Of a DNA stretch of 64,000 nt, positions 47,229 to 58,636 are shown piece after piece (positions within the stretch are counted from its first letter, which is position 1; each line of letters opens with the position of its first letter). The notes beneath the pieces were generated by a model that saw only the letters and a list, made by a program, of their open reading frames with translations, was not told the DNA's origin and made no database searches. The translations under genes were made by a program, and so were the position numbers. The DNA is from Neophaeotheca triangularis (Eukaryota): the NCBI GenBank assembly GCA_054600435.1, contig BAAIJX010000017.1:124001-188000 (forward strand), given 5' to 3'.

Positions 47229-48962
47229 ATGGCTTCACTCCCACAAAGTCAAGACTCACAGCCTAGAATGTCTGAAAACTCAAGCACCACGCAATCACAA
47301 GACACAACACCCGACCCAACATCGCCCGTCCGCTCTCGCTCAGCCAACTCCGAAGACTCGCAGACCCTCTTCCTCAACAGCCCACCGCCAGCCGAAGCAC
47401 CCTCTCCGACATCACATCCTCAAACAGCCTCAGACCCACCACCCACTCAATCCGCTCCCCCATCAACCGAAGACCAAACCAAAAAATGCTGGATCTGCTT
47501 CGCCGACAGCAGCGAAGACCCCGCAACGGGCGGCTCGCCCTGGCGCTCCCCCTGTCCCTGCGCCCTTACAGCCCACGAAACCTGTCTCCTCGACTGGATC
47601 GCCGACCTCGAAGCCCCCAACAACTCCACGCCCCGCAACGCCAACAACCGTCGCGGTCTGCTCTCCCAACCCCCCATCCTCTGCCCGCAATGCAAAAACG
47701 AAATCAAACTCGCTCGTCCGCGCGACTACATCGTCGACGCCGTGAGGGGGTTTGAGCGCGCCGTGCAGCGGAGTATTACACCGTCTGCTCTCGGCGCGTT
47801 GGCTATGGCGCTCCATCAGATCAGCGTTAGGCATGGCGTTTACGCTATTTATGCTGTCTTTGGCGCTGAGGATGGGACGAGGATACTGAGACCGCTTGTG
47901 GACATGGCGATGCAAGCGCCGCTGGAGCTGGATGCGGGGGCTTTGGGGCCAGGGGAGCTGAGTAGGGAGTTGGGGAGGTATTATGCCCGCAGATTGAGCC
48001 ACTGGAGGTTGTACATGGGCTTGCCGTTGATTAGCCCGATGTTGGTGTTGAGTAGGACGGCGCTGGCGGACTATGTGTTGCCTGCGCTGCCTGTCATGTT
48101 CTTGGCCAGTATGCCCGGAGAGGCTGCGGGGCACCGGGCGGGGTTGGAGGGGTTGGTGAGCTGGCCGCCTAGTGCGGGGGTTTGTTTTAGTTTGCTGCCG
48201 TATGTTAGGGCAGGTTATAATGAGTTTTATCGCAAGGTTTGGGGGGAGCATGAGAAGAGGTGGATGAGGGAGATACAGCCTCGGCAGGGTCAGGGGAGGG
48301 AGGAGGGCGGGCCTGGGCTAGGGGAGGCACAGGCTCAAGGGGGTGAACCGGCGGAGGACGAGAATGTATTTGAGATTAGAGTTGACGGGGGGCTCTGGGA
48401 TGACTGGGGGGGACAGGACGAGGGCCAGGAAGCCCAGCCTCAGGAAGCTGCGAACAACGATGCTCAAAACCGGCCACCGCAAAACGCAGACGACGAGGCT
48501 TTGCCCCCACCGATCCCAGACAATCGTCCTCCCCTCGCCGAAATCCCCCAGGCCGACAACAACAACGAAAACGTGCCCCCGGCAAACGCCCAACCCGCTC
48601 CCGCCGCCGCAGCCGCAGGAGGCAACCAACAAGGCGAACGCCGCCTCTCCTTCTCCCCAACCGCCATCGCCGAATCCATCCTCGGCGCGCTGCTTTTCCC
48701 CTCCCTGGCCTCCGCCTCCGGCGAGCTCCTCAAACTCCTACTGCCGCACTCCTGGACAGTCCCACCTCTCGCACACGTGGGCTTGCGGGCAAAGGGAGGC
48801 GGTATTCTACAACACAAGTGGGGTCGGAGTTTGATCGGTGGGTGTTTGCTCGTTGCCGCCAAGGATGCCGTGGTGCTTTATGTGCGCTGGCGCATGGCGG
48901 TCATGCATCGGGGGAGGCGGGTGCTAGATCATGGGCATCGGGATCGGGGGCGGGTGGCCTGA
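47229..48962 (+). CDS. RING-CH (C4HC3) membrane E3 ubiquitin ligase, MARCH5-like
   Basis: CWIC...WRSPCPC...AHETCLLDWI...CPQC followed by hydrophobic segments and GRSLIGGCLLVAAKD. Confidence 0.8.
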   Translation: MASLPQSQDSQPRMSENSSTTQSQDTTPDPTSPVRSRSANSEDSQTLFLNSPPPAEAPSPTSHPQTASDPPPTQSAPPSTEDQTKKCWICFADSSEDPATGGSPWRSPCPCALTAHETCLLDWIADLEAPNNSTPRNANNRRGLLSQPPILCPQCKNEIKLARPRDYIVDAVRGFERAVQRSITPSALGALAMALHQISVRHGVYAIYAVFGAEDGTRILRPLVDMAMQAPLELDAGALGPGELSRELGRYYARRLSHWRLYMGLPLISPMLVLSRTALADYVLPALPVMFLASMPGEAAGHRAGLEGLVSWPPSAGVCFSLLPYVRAGYNEFYRKVWGEHEKRWMREIQPRQGQGREEGGPGLGEAQAQGGEPAEDENVFEIRVDGGLWDDWGGQDEGQEAQPQEAANNDAQNRPPQNADDEALPPPIPDNRPPLAEIPQADNNNENVPPANAQPAPAAAAAGGNQQGERRLSFSPTAIAESILGALLFPSLASASGELLKLLLPHSWTVPPLAHVGLRAKGGGILQHKWGRSLIGGCLLVAAKDAVVLYVRWRMAVMHRGRRVLDHGHRDRGRVA

Positions 48963-49544
48963 GGGGCTTTTGGACGCATGGGGCGCTTTTTTTGGCATAG
49001 CTGTGGCGCGTGGTGTGGCGTTTGTGGTTGAGAGGGAATGGATGATACACCCCTCTTCTTGTAATTTTCGATCCGTATACGTGGGCTTGAGTGGCCCGCT
49101 TTAGCGGGCCAGAATACCTGATTTCGAAGGCCGAGGAGCGGCTAATCTAGTTGTATCCCCTTTCCTGGATTCTCTTGGTCACATCACGTCGTGACTGTGG
49201 GATTTCCTGTCGAGAGCGCTGATGAGTGGTCACTGGGGCACTGATGTAGTTAAAGGACAAAACAAGCAGAGGCAGCCAAGCTTTTCTATACCATCTAGTT
49301 TCAGTTTCAGCCGCTTTCTCGCGTGTGTTATTCTCGTGATTCAACCTAGATGCGGCGGCTTCTCCGTCGCTTTTACACGATTTAAACTGGTTGAGCATAC
49401 ATTCCAACGGTGCTCGATGAGCCAGTGTACTGATACGCAACGTGAATAGCAGCCCCCTTTTTGCGCTACAGCTCAAACCCGAACCCTACCGCTGATACCA
49501 CACCACCGCGTGTCGTGCTATCCCTTTACCACTACATAAGTGTA

Positions 49545-50700
49545 AACAGCTGGAGCAACGACTGTCATGCCCTCAGGCAACATGATGGCTAGCCTCAACT
49601 GCACTTCTTACCCGCCCCGGCCCCGTACGGCCGCTCTTGCCTATCTTGCGTCAAAGCGAAATGCAAATGCTTGATCTCACCACGCTCCGTGCTATGCCAG
49701 CTGGAGCTTCAACCGGCGACACGGCAAGCCTTGAGGCGAGGGTAAGGCGTATCGAGACCTATTTGCAGCTTACGCCGGATGATGATGGGGCTTCGGGTCC
49801 TCGTGATAACACATGTAGAGACCAAGTCGAGCGTGAGCGTGAGCATGAAGCTTACGGACATCAACCAAGCTCGGTAGCAGTGGCTACTGAAAGCACCGCT
49901 GGTGAAGCATACCGCACTTAGGGCAGTTAAGATGAATCCGCGCCCATCCCAACAATCGTGGTCAAAATCCTTCGGAAAGTGTGGAAACCAGCCTGACCGT
50001 CTTCAAAACCCAATACTCGAAGTGGCTCCCCTTCTTCGAGATGCCTTCAATCACAACATGGCAAACCTTTGCCGAGGAAGCGTCCAGCGCTTCTGCTAAG
50101 CATATGGGCTACAAGCTCCAAAGTCCCGTCGCAGCGTCGAGCACTCGGTGATTTGTTCAGACGCAAGATTGCAGAGAGCATGGCGGTGGAATCTCGAAAA
50201 TCACTTGATCTTCTCCTCGGTCTCTTCATCTTCATCAATTGGTAAGTTCAGCCTCACGATCAAGGTACGTGACCGGCATCAGCAAGGCTTATAGCTCGCG
50301 AGGTACCATGTTCATTCAAAGGACGCGGAAGGATCTCAGCACGCCTCTCCAATTTGGCTAATCCTAGATTTTCCGGAATCACGTCGAAAAGCATCTACCT
50401 CAGCAGTCGAGCCAGCCGGACTCTTGGAGGAGAAGAGAATTTTCCTAGGTTGCTTCATGGTGATATTGAGGTATGTCCAACCATCCTCATGCTAGGAGGA
50501 AACGCTGAAACTTCTGTAGCATTGCCTCTCAATTAGAACGTGTTCAGGCAACCCCGTGGTCACGTTTGCTCAAAGAGTGCCTTGATGAAATGGAAGCTCA
50601 ACCTGCAGACTCACAAGATCATGACTTCTCGAAGTTGGTTCACGTGCGGCTGAGAAGAGCCTTGTCCGCTACCAACTTCAAACAGGGCGTCATGTCGGAG
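49545..50700 (+). pseudogene. Degraded Zn2Cys6 transcription factor
   Basis: Fragments in shifting frames with stops: SNDCHAL../SLNCT..PRPR, ASLEARVRRIE, RKSLDLLLGLFIFINW followed by GTAAGT, frameshifted (RT)LEEKRIFLGCF, and LKECLDEME. Confidence 0.7.
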
Positions 50701-50749
50701 AACCTTACACTTGGTCTGGCCACTCCAGGATTCCCCGAAGAGAACAGAC

Positions 50750-51340
50750 ATGATCGATTCGGCGGAATTTAGCACGCATCCGAGAGAAAAAGCAGACCAA
50801 GCCATCGAGAGCCCGCCAATTGCATTTCCCGATGCGTCGATCGAACCAAGCACGTCTACCCAAGAGCAACACGCTCATACTTCAAGCCAAGCTCGAGATA
50901 ATCTCCTCGTTTCCTGGGACGATGATGACGATCCTTCCAATCCCTACAATTGGCCAACCTGGCGGAAAGCAGTCAATGGTAGCCTTCTAAGTCTCCTCGC
51001 ATTGATCACACCTCTTGCTTCCTCATTCTTTGCGCCCGGTGTACCTGATATCATGAGGGAGTTCAGCAGCGACAGCGACCTTTTAGCTGCCTTCGTGGTC
51101 TTCATTTATATACTTGGGTTTGTTTTTGGTAAGGTAGTTCTGGCTTTATCTTGCTCACTATCTGACACCGCTTCCGTCAGGCCTTCTGGTCATTGCCCCG
51201 ATGTCTGAAATCTACGGTCGCTCAGTCATTTACCATGTCAGTAACGTCTGCTTCACCGTCATCATGGCAGCTTGCGCTTTAGCGCCTTCGCTGGGAAGCC
51301 TGGTTGCTTTCCGCTTCCTTAGCGGGTTGATGGACTCTGA
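50750..51340 (+). pseudogene. Truncated MFS drug:H+ antiporter (DHA1-like), about TM1-TM4 only
   Basis: WDDDDDPSNPYNWPTWRK, intron 51129-51180, APMSEIYGR and FRFLSG; the sequence then becomes unrelated and stops at 51494. Confidence 0.8.
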
Positions 51341-52184
51341 GCTACGATCCGACTTCTGGATGGAGCCGAGTGGATGCGGGTGTCTGGAGAAAAGGCCGGG
51401 TTCTTCTTTTGCAGTTTCGTGTAATTCCTCTTGCTCTTTGGGGTGGACTATGAAGGGTAGCCAGAGAGGTCGGGCATTGATTGCTGACTTCTAATACCCG
51501 CACGATGGTCGTTTGACGGCTCCAGATCTCAGTGAGGCTGATTGGCTCCCTTTCAATGAGAAAGACGTCGACCTCACGGAGTTGCACGGGGTCGGCTAGA
51601 GAGTTTCACCTCTTGGCTTATGCTACCGTCGATCGCTGACCAGCGTTTCAGATATATGCAGCCCCGATATTACTCGACCTTCGTCTCAATAGTGAACAGC
51701 AGCAAGCCAATTTTGGACCCAGCGTTCCGTTGCATAATCACTGTGCGCGAATGTCTACCTCATCGCGACTTTTCCCTGACCTTGAGTATTGGGAATTCCA
51801 CTAGATGTGTACACAGGTACAATCGCCAGACTTGCTTCAAAGTGGAGCCGAACGACTAAGGGGCTCGAAACTTGCTGGACCCCGGCAATGCAATTTAGAA
51901 GAGAAAACATTTAAGCTTGATCGTGGTAGACTTCTCCGCAACGCTTGCGCGGTTTGCGAAGCTTCTTTGAAGGCCCTCGGTATCGTGACGTGACTAGGCT
52001 ATGGGCTTTGGAATGATCGTTCTGATCGACTGAAGTCCCGTCAGTTCCGTCCAGAAGACGCTGTAAAAGCGTTATAAAGCCGTCATCCCCCCTCAGCAAC
52101 CCCTTCCCCCATGTCAATCACTCCGACCTCCTACTGACTCAGCCAGACCAAACATTTCCCACAGACTACCCGCGCAAAGCAAAG

Positions 52185-52844
52185 ATGCTCACTACCAGCA
52201 CCCTCCTCACCCTTGCTACAGCGACAGCAACTGCAAACGCCCTTTCTGCCTCCTTCACCCACTACGGCGCAGGCGACACCTTCGGCAGCCCAAACTGCAA
52301 CACCAGCACCGCCGCTTGCGGCTTCTACACGCAACCGGGCTACTCGGCGGCTGTGTCTGAGAATCTCTTCGGCGTGGGTCCAGTAAGCACAACCTCCCTT
52401 CGCAGCCTCGTCATGACCCGCGAAACCACCTTGTACTAACTCTTCCACTCAAGGGCGCAGGCGCGGGCCCAGCTTGTGGCAGCTGCTATAGGTTGACAAT
52501 ACAGTAAGCAACCAAAGACACCAAGACTTATGATCAGACTTCCAGACAATGGAAAGAAGTCACTAACAATATCCCTTAGAACTGACACAGACGGCACCGC
52601 GCTCTCCAACGCGGGCAACAGCATCGTCGTCAAAGTCAATAACCTCTGCCCCAAAGACGGCAATCCGCTGTGCTCGCAAAACGGCCTTGGCGGGCAGAAC
52701 CAGTATGGCGCGAATGTGAATTTCGATGTTTGTAGCGATTCTGGGGCGGAGGAGGCGTTGTTTGGGGATTCCGGGGTTGGGCTGGCGTTGGGAGAGGCGG
52801 AGGAGGTGGATTGTGAGGGGTGGAGTGGGAGTGAGGTTGAGTAG
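52185..52844 (+). CDS. Small secreted Cys-rich GH45/expansin-like (double-psi beta-barrel) protein, 3 exons
   Basis: Introns 52383-52453 and 52504-52579. Signal peptide; ACG..YSAAVS..LF..GPACGSCYRLT, VKVNNLCP and NQYGANVNFD motifs. Confidence 0.85.
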
Positions 52845-52920
52845 AGAGTGCTGCGGAGGAGCCGTAAAGGGTTTGGTTTCTCTCGAAGATGCGCACATTG
52901 ATGTTGGCATGGGCGATGGA

Positions 52921-53814
52921 TCATGGCGTGATGTTGAAAGTAAAACAGCTCTCGGCTTCGGCATCGTGGATACGGTGACCATTCTCGTCGAACAACGTTC
53001 TCTCGACAAACGTTACTTTTCCCATCCTATCGACAAGCACAACCGTCTGCTTCTGTGTCCCGTAAGCCCCGGAAACCTCATCCCCCACCGGGGGTATAAA
53101 GATGGAATTCCGCAATTGTCGAGCGTAGGTTGTCCAGTTCTCGCCTTCTTGGCGTTTCGGCATAGTGTCCACGGATAAGATGTCGAAGAGATGTTCGATA
53201 AATATTTTCTCCCCGTCTTCGCGCTTAACACTGCCATGGACTGCCTGCTTGAGCAACTGTTCACCATGGACGATTTTCGGCCAGGAAAGATCGCCGTAGT
53301 AGCTATTGCTTAGACCGTGAATGTCATTGTCCGGTTGCGGGATTTTAACAATATCCTCAGGGGAGGCGGTGCGATTTGAGACAACACTGAGATCCCGCAG
53401 CTCCAGTCCGTCAGTCTCCTCGGCTTTACCAAACCGCCCAAATAACAAGGAGAAGCCGCCCACATCGTAGATGCCGAAATCTTCAATCAACGCTTTCGCA
53501 AAATCTTCCGGCTTTTCCGAGGTTTCTGGCGGGAGGGTTAGATAGGCGTTCACGATTCCGCCTCTACTTTTGTCTTTGGAGATTTCGACGCCTTCTTCGC
53601 GGAAGTTGGTTAGAGAGGCTATACGGCCTTCTTTGGTGATGCCGAGCCAGGTGCCTTTTTCGGTTCTTTGGAGGTCCCTGCCGCCTAGTACATTCTCGTG
53701 GGGAGGTTTCCACCAGTCCGCGCGTGCTGTTGGGCGGTTGAGGAACTCATCGCGGTTGCTGAGGAGGATGAGACTGTATGCTGGGTGTGCGGTGGTGAAG
53801 AGGGTGATGCACAT
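52921..53814 (-). CDS. TANGO2/NRDE-family (DUF833) protein
   Basis: MCI N-terminus, NRDEFLNRPT, GGRD..GTWLGI, GLSN and YGTQKQTVVLVD. Confidence 0.92.
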   Translation of the reverse strand: MCITLFTTAHPAYSLILLSNRDEFLNRPTARADWWKPPHENVLGGRDLQRTEKGTWLGITKEGRIASLTNFREEGVEISKDKSRGGIVNAYLTLPPETSEKPEDFAKALIEDFGIYDVGGFSLLFGRFGKAEETDGLELRDLSVVSNRTASPEDIVKIPQPDNDIHGLSNSYYGDLSWPKIVHGEQLLKQAVHGSVKREDGEKIFIEHLFDILSVDTMPKRQEGENWTTYARQLRNSIFIPPVGDEVSGAYGTQKQTVVLVDRMGKVTFVERTLFDENGHRIHDAEAESCFTFNITP

Positions 53815-54318
53815 GTTTGAGATTCGGGTTTGCCTTGGTTTTGGGAGCCGAGAGAGGTGGGCAGAAATGCACTGGTATATATCTGCCTACTGTGACTCGT
53901 CCAGGCAGTCCGAAAGTCACTCATCTGTGACGCGTAGCGTGATGGTGTGTTGAGGGAGCACAAGGTCACGGTGAGGTGAGCTCGTCAACCAATTTTAAAC
54001 CAACATTTGATTGACATATTCATTAATGACGAAGCGGTTCAAGTCTTTGCGGTAGGGCTTAGCCCCTTATCGCTTATCGCTCGACAAATAAGCGGGGAAA
54101 GAGCTGCCCAACTGTCGAGCTCTTCGAGAGCAGACGACACTTCGTCTCTTCCAACCTCACCTGCACCGTGTTGATTGGCCTTCTTCTGTTAGGTACTTTT
54201 AACCGGTAACAACACCTCGAAGTCCTTCAAACTCTTTTCAACTTCTTCCTTGGACCTTTACAACAGCCTTGAAATATTTCATTCCCTCAAACGACCACGA
54301 CCAAGACCAATTCCAACC

Positions 54319-55365
54319 ATGTTCGGCTTCATAGCAGACATCCTAACCTCCGTCACATCCATCCTTTTCCCCATCTTCGCCTCTTACAAAGCTCTACGTA
54401 CCAACGATCCCTCAGACCTAGCACCATGGCTAATGTACTGGACAACCCTCTCCCTCTTCCTCCTCGTTGAGAATCAATTCTACTTCATCCTATACTGGGT
54501 GCCTTTCTACTCCTGGATCCGCCTGGGCATCCACCTCTACCTCGTCCTCCCCGGCCAACAAGGCTGCGTCTTCATCTACCGCACCTACCTGCACCCCTTC
54601 CTCGCCGACCACGAGCGCCAAATTGACAACATGATCAGCGACGCCCACGATCGCGCCAAATCCGCTGGCCTAGACATGGCCAAAAACGCCGTCGACTACG
54701 TCAAGGTCAACTTCCTCGGCCAACAACCCCGCCAGCCCACACCCCCCAACAGCCGCAACGTCTCCTATAGCAGCGCCCTCATGAGCCGCTTCAACATGCC
54801 CTCCGCCCGTCAAGGCATGGCCTCAGCCGGCACATCCGACCTCTTCAGTCTCCTAGGGAACGCCCTAAACCAATCCACAGCCTCTTCATCCACCACCCGC
54901 GACGCCCAAGCCGCCGACCTCTCCTCCTCCAGCGCCTTCATCCCTCCCAACCTCTCAGGCCCCGAGCGCGCCGAATTTGTAAACACCAACCGCGACCGTC
55001 TGCGCACCCTCCTCCAAGCCTTCGACAACGAAGCCTCCGGCCCCGCAACCCCCCGCGGCGACGATCCCGCCTACACTTCTTCTCGCACAGGCGGTTCCGC
55101 GACTTTCGACCCCCGCGCAAGCGGCAGCAGACGCCCGTACCTCTCGGCCGAAGACTCGACGACTGATCGACCGCGATCCGCCATGCATCAGAGTCGCAGC
55201 GAGAGCGAATTCGAGGACTTGGGGTATGAGGCCATGCCCGATCCGGAGGTTTACAGACCGCGTGAGTCGCCGAGGCCGAAGAGCAAGGATGGGAGTTGGG
55301 GGAATTTCATTTGGGGAAATTACGGGGAGAAGGATAGCGCATTTAATGCTAGGAAAGAGAGGTGA
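54319..55365 (+). CDS. HVA22/TB2/DP1 (REEP/Yop1 family) membrane protein
   Basis: FPIFASYKAL, PWLMYW, WVPFY and IYRTYLHPFL..HERQID motifs; first ATG at 54319. Confidence 0.88.
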   Translation: MFGFIADILTSVTSILFPIFASYKALRTNDPSDLAPWLMYWTTLSLFLLVENQFYFILYWVPFYSWIRLGIHLYLVLPGQQGCVFIYRTYLHPFLADHERQIDNMISDAHDRAKSAGLDMAKNAVDYVKVNFLGQQPRQPTPPNSRNVSYSSALMSRFNMPSARQGMASAGTSDLFSLLGNALNQSTASSSTTRDAQAADLSSSSAFIPPNLSGPERAEFVNTNRDRLRTLLQAFDNEASGPATPRGDDPAYTSSRTGGSATFDPRASGSRRPYLSAEDSTTDRPRSAMHQSRSESEFEDLGYEAMPDPEVYRPRESPRPKSKDGSWGNFIWGNYGEKDSAFNARKER

Positions 55366-56643
55366 GGGGAAAGTTGAGGGATGGCTGGGTGTGAGGATGG
55401 ACGCGGCGGATCTCTGTGCATCGCCTTCTTTGATAGTTTAGAGGGTTATGGACATATGGGCGGTGGGCTTGGGCGTTTTATGATATTCATGAGTGATGAC
55501 ACGAGGAAGGAAAATAGAGTCGGCTCTATGCAGCAGCAGGGCAAGCGAGAGAAAGCTCCTGCACGACGAGGCGACTCGCCTTCTGTGGCGATTGTTAGGC
55601 AGAATCAGCCACAGTGGTTCAATCTCCAGGCCCATTCTCTACGGTGTTGACAACTCGGTCAACGTGATCTCGTGGTTCGACTGGCGATTCTATATAGTAC
55701 CAGGCTTGAGTTTGAGATCGCTGGGAATGAACGTTAGGTATCGTATGTTTGGCATGGAACCTGGGGATTGTTTCCACATTGCTCGGCTCGCTTGGACGGT
55801 GAAAGCCCGCAAGCGTGACCTAGTTCAGGTGGTGTTTCGAGGATTGAAGTCGGCTTATGTCGACATCAGGCCTAGGTATGTCGCTGGTGGTTACTCATAG
55901 GATGTTGTTACTTTGAATTGATCATCGGGACGTTGTTGTTATTCGTGTGTATCAAGTACCCTTCATAGCAAGGAGTATATAAAGCTTATGTAAGTGAACA
56001 GAAGTCAGGGTGACGTTCGCTTAGTAATTTCGGGAGCTGCCTGTCCCGATAGTTTTGTCAACTAGGTTACTGACCGGAACCTTGGAAGTCTTCGCCACGT
56101 CTTTTGGCCCACAGTGTGGTAATGGCACCTTCCCGTCTGGGCGACCTTGACGACTTGTTGTTCCCTCCACTCCTTCCCCCCCCCATGACAGCTGGCTGAC
56201 TGATCAAAAGCAATCCTTAGTCATTCCGGCCATCTACCGCAACACGACAATCAAGATCAATCCAATTCAGTAAGCCTTCACCATGTGATTAGCAGACTAC
56301 CCAGGTACCCGCGAGCAGCGTGCATTTGCAAACATCCATGGCGCACGATGAGGGCAATACGACGCGCTCGCCCTTGGTCAAGTCAACAATTGCTAACATT
56401 GCTTTCGGACATAGAACCTACATAGTAACTACTAGTAGGTCGGCAAGGCGAATGAGGCCGCTCGCTCCCTAGTTGCTACTCTTCTTCTCAACCTTCGAGC
56501 AGTCAGGCCATTCGTGCTGACATCAATCATCACTACCCGTCTACTAATTTTGCGCGGCCATCGCAACATCTTCCTCCTCCCTCGCTTCCGAGCCCGGAGA
56601 GCGCCACTTCACCCGAGGCCAAACCATTCGCAGAGAACCGAAC

Positions 56644-57026
56644 ATGCAGCACCACGCCCCGTCTCAGGTAAGCCACAATCCTGGGCGACAAATTGTGCTC
56701 TATGTGACGTAAATTGATAATAGCATGCTGACTTTGTGCATCAGGAGCCGCCGCCGCCCCAAAACCTCGAGATGAGTGAGTACCGCAGCAACCCCACTTC
56801 ACGATGGAAACGGACCGCCACGTTTCACCCGATCCGGCTCGCGGGACGACGATGCGTTTGCGACCCTTTGCTGACATTTCGATATCGCTGCAGGTCTCAG
56901 GGAGCATCTTCTCGCTCAAGCTGGAGGTGGCTCCGGCCCGCCACCATACCCACCGGCTCCGAACACTGCTGCTCAAGGACCGCCGCCCCCTGCTGAATCG
57001 TATCAAAACTCAGACTCTGGAAGTAT

Positions 57027-57058
<32 letters not shown>

Positions 57059-57743
57059 TTGACCCCAATGTCACCGGACAAATGCAGCCTTTCGACATGG
57101 ACCCTGAGAGCACTGGGGAAGATGGACTAAGCCCCAACACTGCCAAGGGCAAGCGGGAACTCTCGACCAGCAAGAGAGCCGCGCAGAACCGTGCTGCACA
57201 GGTACGTCTACGTCCATTTCAAAAGCAAGAAAACAGAACTGACATTTTGTCCAGCGTGCATTCCGCCAGCGTAAGGAAGGGTACATCAAGAAGCTTGAGG
57301 AACGGGTCAAAGAGGGCGAGATTATGGATGAGAATTTCCGTGCGCTTCAGAACGAAAACTACCAGCTCCGTGACTACATACTCAACTTACAGAATCGCCT
57401 TCTTGAGCAGTCCGCCGACTTCCCGCCCGCGCCAAACCAGATCGATCTCCACGCGCCGGCCCAGGCTGTAGCCCGCATGGAGCAGCGCCAAGCCGAGCGG
57501 GCGTACGAGCGTGAGCCATCGCAAGACCAGCAGATGCACGATTCCCAGCCTCAACCACCAACTGATCAGGAACGCCGCGAGCTTCTTGAGCGTGAGATGC
57601 AGGAGCATGCTCAGCAGCACCACTACGAGCAGCAGAGAGTCAGCGAGCAGCTTCGTCACGATGCTATGACCCAGGCCCAGCAACAAGCCCCTCCTCAGGC
57701 TCCCATGACCGCTGACCGCCAGCCTACGGTTAAAGGCGAGTAG
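56644..57743 (+). CDS. kapC: Yap-like bZIP transcription factor (KapC-like), 4 exons
   Basis: Introns 56668-56744, 56776-56893 and 57202-57254 give KRELSTSKRAAQNRAAQRAFRQRKEGYIKKLEE...LQNENYQLRDYILNLQNRLL. Confidence 0.8.
57028..57057 (+). repeat. (CAG)10 encoding poly-Gln in the bZIP gene
   Basis: Read directly. Confidence 0.95.
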
Positions 57744-58636
57744 GATGCTAATGCAGCGAACTAGCTGCCTCGTGTCTTGCAAAGCTTACGAGGAGTTTGA
57801 AGGGTATGAGGCGTCTGAGGAATGGTTGCGGGTAAAGGTAGAGAAACGGCGCATCGGGTGTATAGCACGGAGCATGGCGTACGGCGGCAGATAGTGATGC
57901 TATGTCATGGCTGAAAGGTGCGCGCATGAAGTGTTATCACTATCAAGGGATCAGTCAATTAAAACACGTTGCTGTAACACCAAGCAGTGACTAACAGCAG
58001 TATTAGAAAATCACTTCGAAACTTCGCTTCATTGTTTCCGTGCAAGGCATTAGATCCTCGATGGGTAGTCCCTCCACTTCGTTGTCGTCACTCTCGACTA
58101 CAATGCTATGTTCTCATACGGTTGACGATCGAGCCTCATCAACTCAACGCTTAGTCGAACTTAATGTCAATAGTTCGTAGTAACTACCATAAACGTTCAT
58201 AATCTAGAGCTAACGATTAATGTGGTACGACAGCAAGTGGTATCTCTTCATCTGCACATGCCGCGATCAACCAGCCACTTAACGACGAAAAAACATGCAC
58301 TGCGTTGCGGTACAACACAACAAGTGGACGTGAACGTTAATCCCATATCTTGGCATGACCTCGCCGACATGTTTCGACTCTTTCGCTGCACAAAGCTTTT
58401 GACTGCGAAAAGTTCCAGACGCACGAAGCCACACTTTCGAAACCCCTACCACGAAACTCTCGACGCAACCTTCGGCCTTCTCTACAACAACAGTCACACC
58501 AGCCAACCGTTATATCAATCACTCATTCATTCACTAACCCCACAACAAACACAACCCTCCCCTCACTAACCCCTCCTACACCCTCTCGCTCACTCCACTC
58601 CAACTCGACCCCCTCCGCCCACCCAACCAACAAAAC

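Noticed and set aside
1..53814. Iron/heme cluster idea (SidC NRPS, dehydratase, DyP, TANGO2)
   Set aside because: The genes are scattered among unrelated housekeeping genes, and the dehydratase is MaoC-fold, not the crotonase-type SidH.
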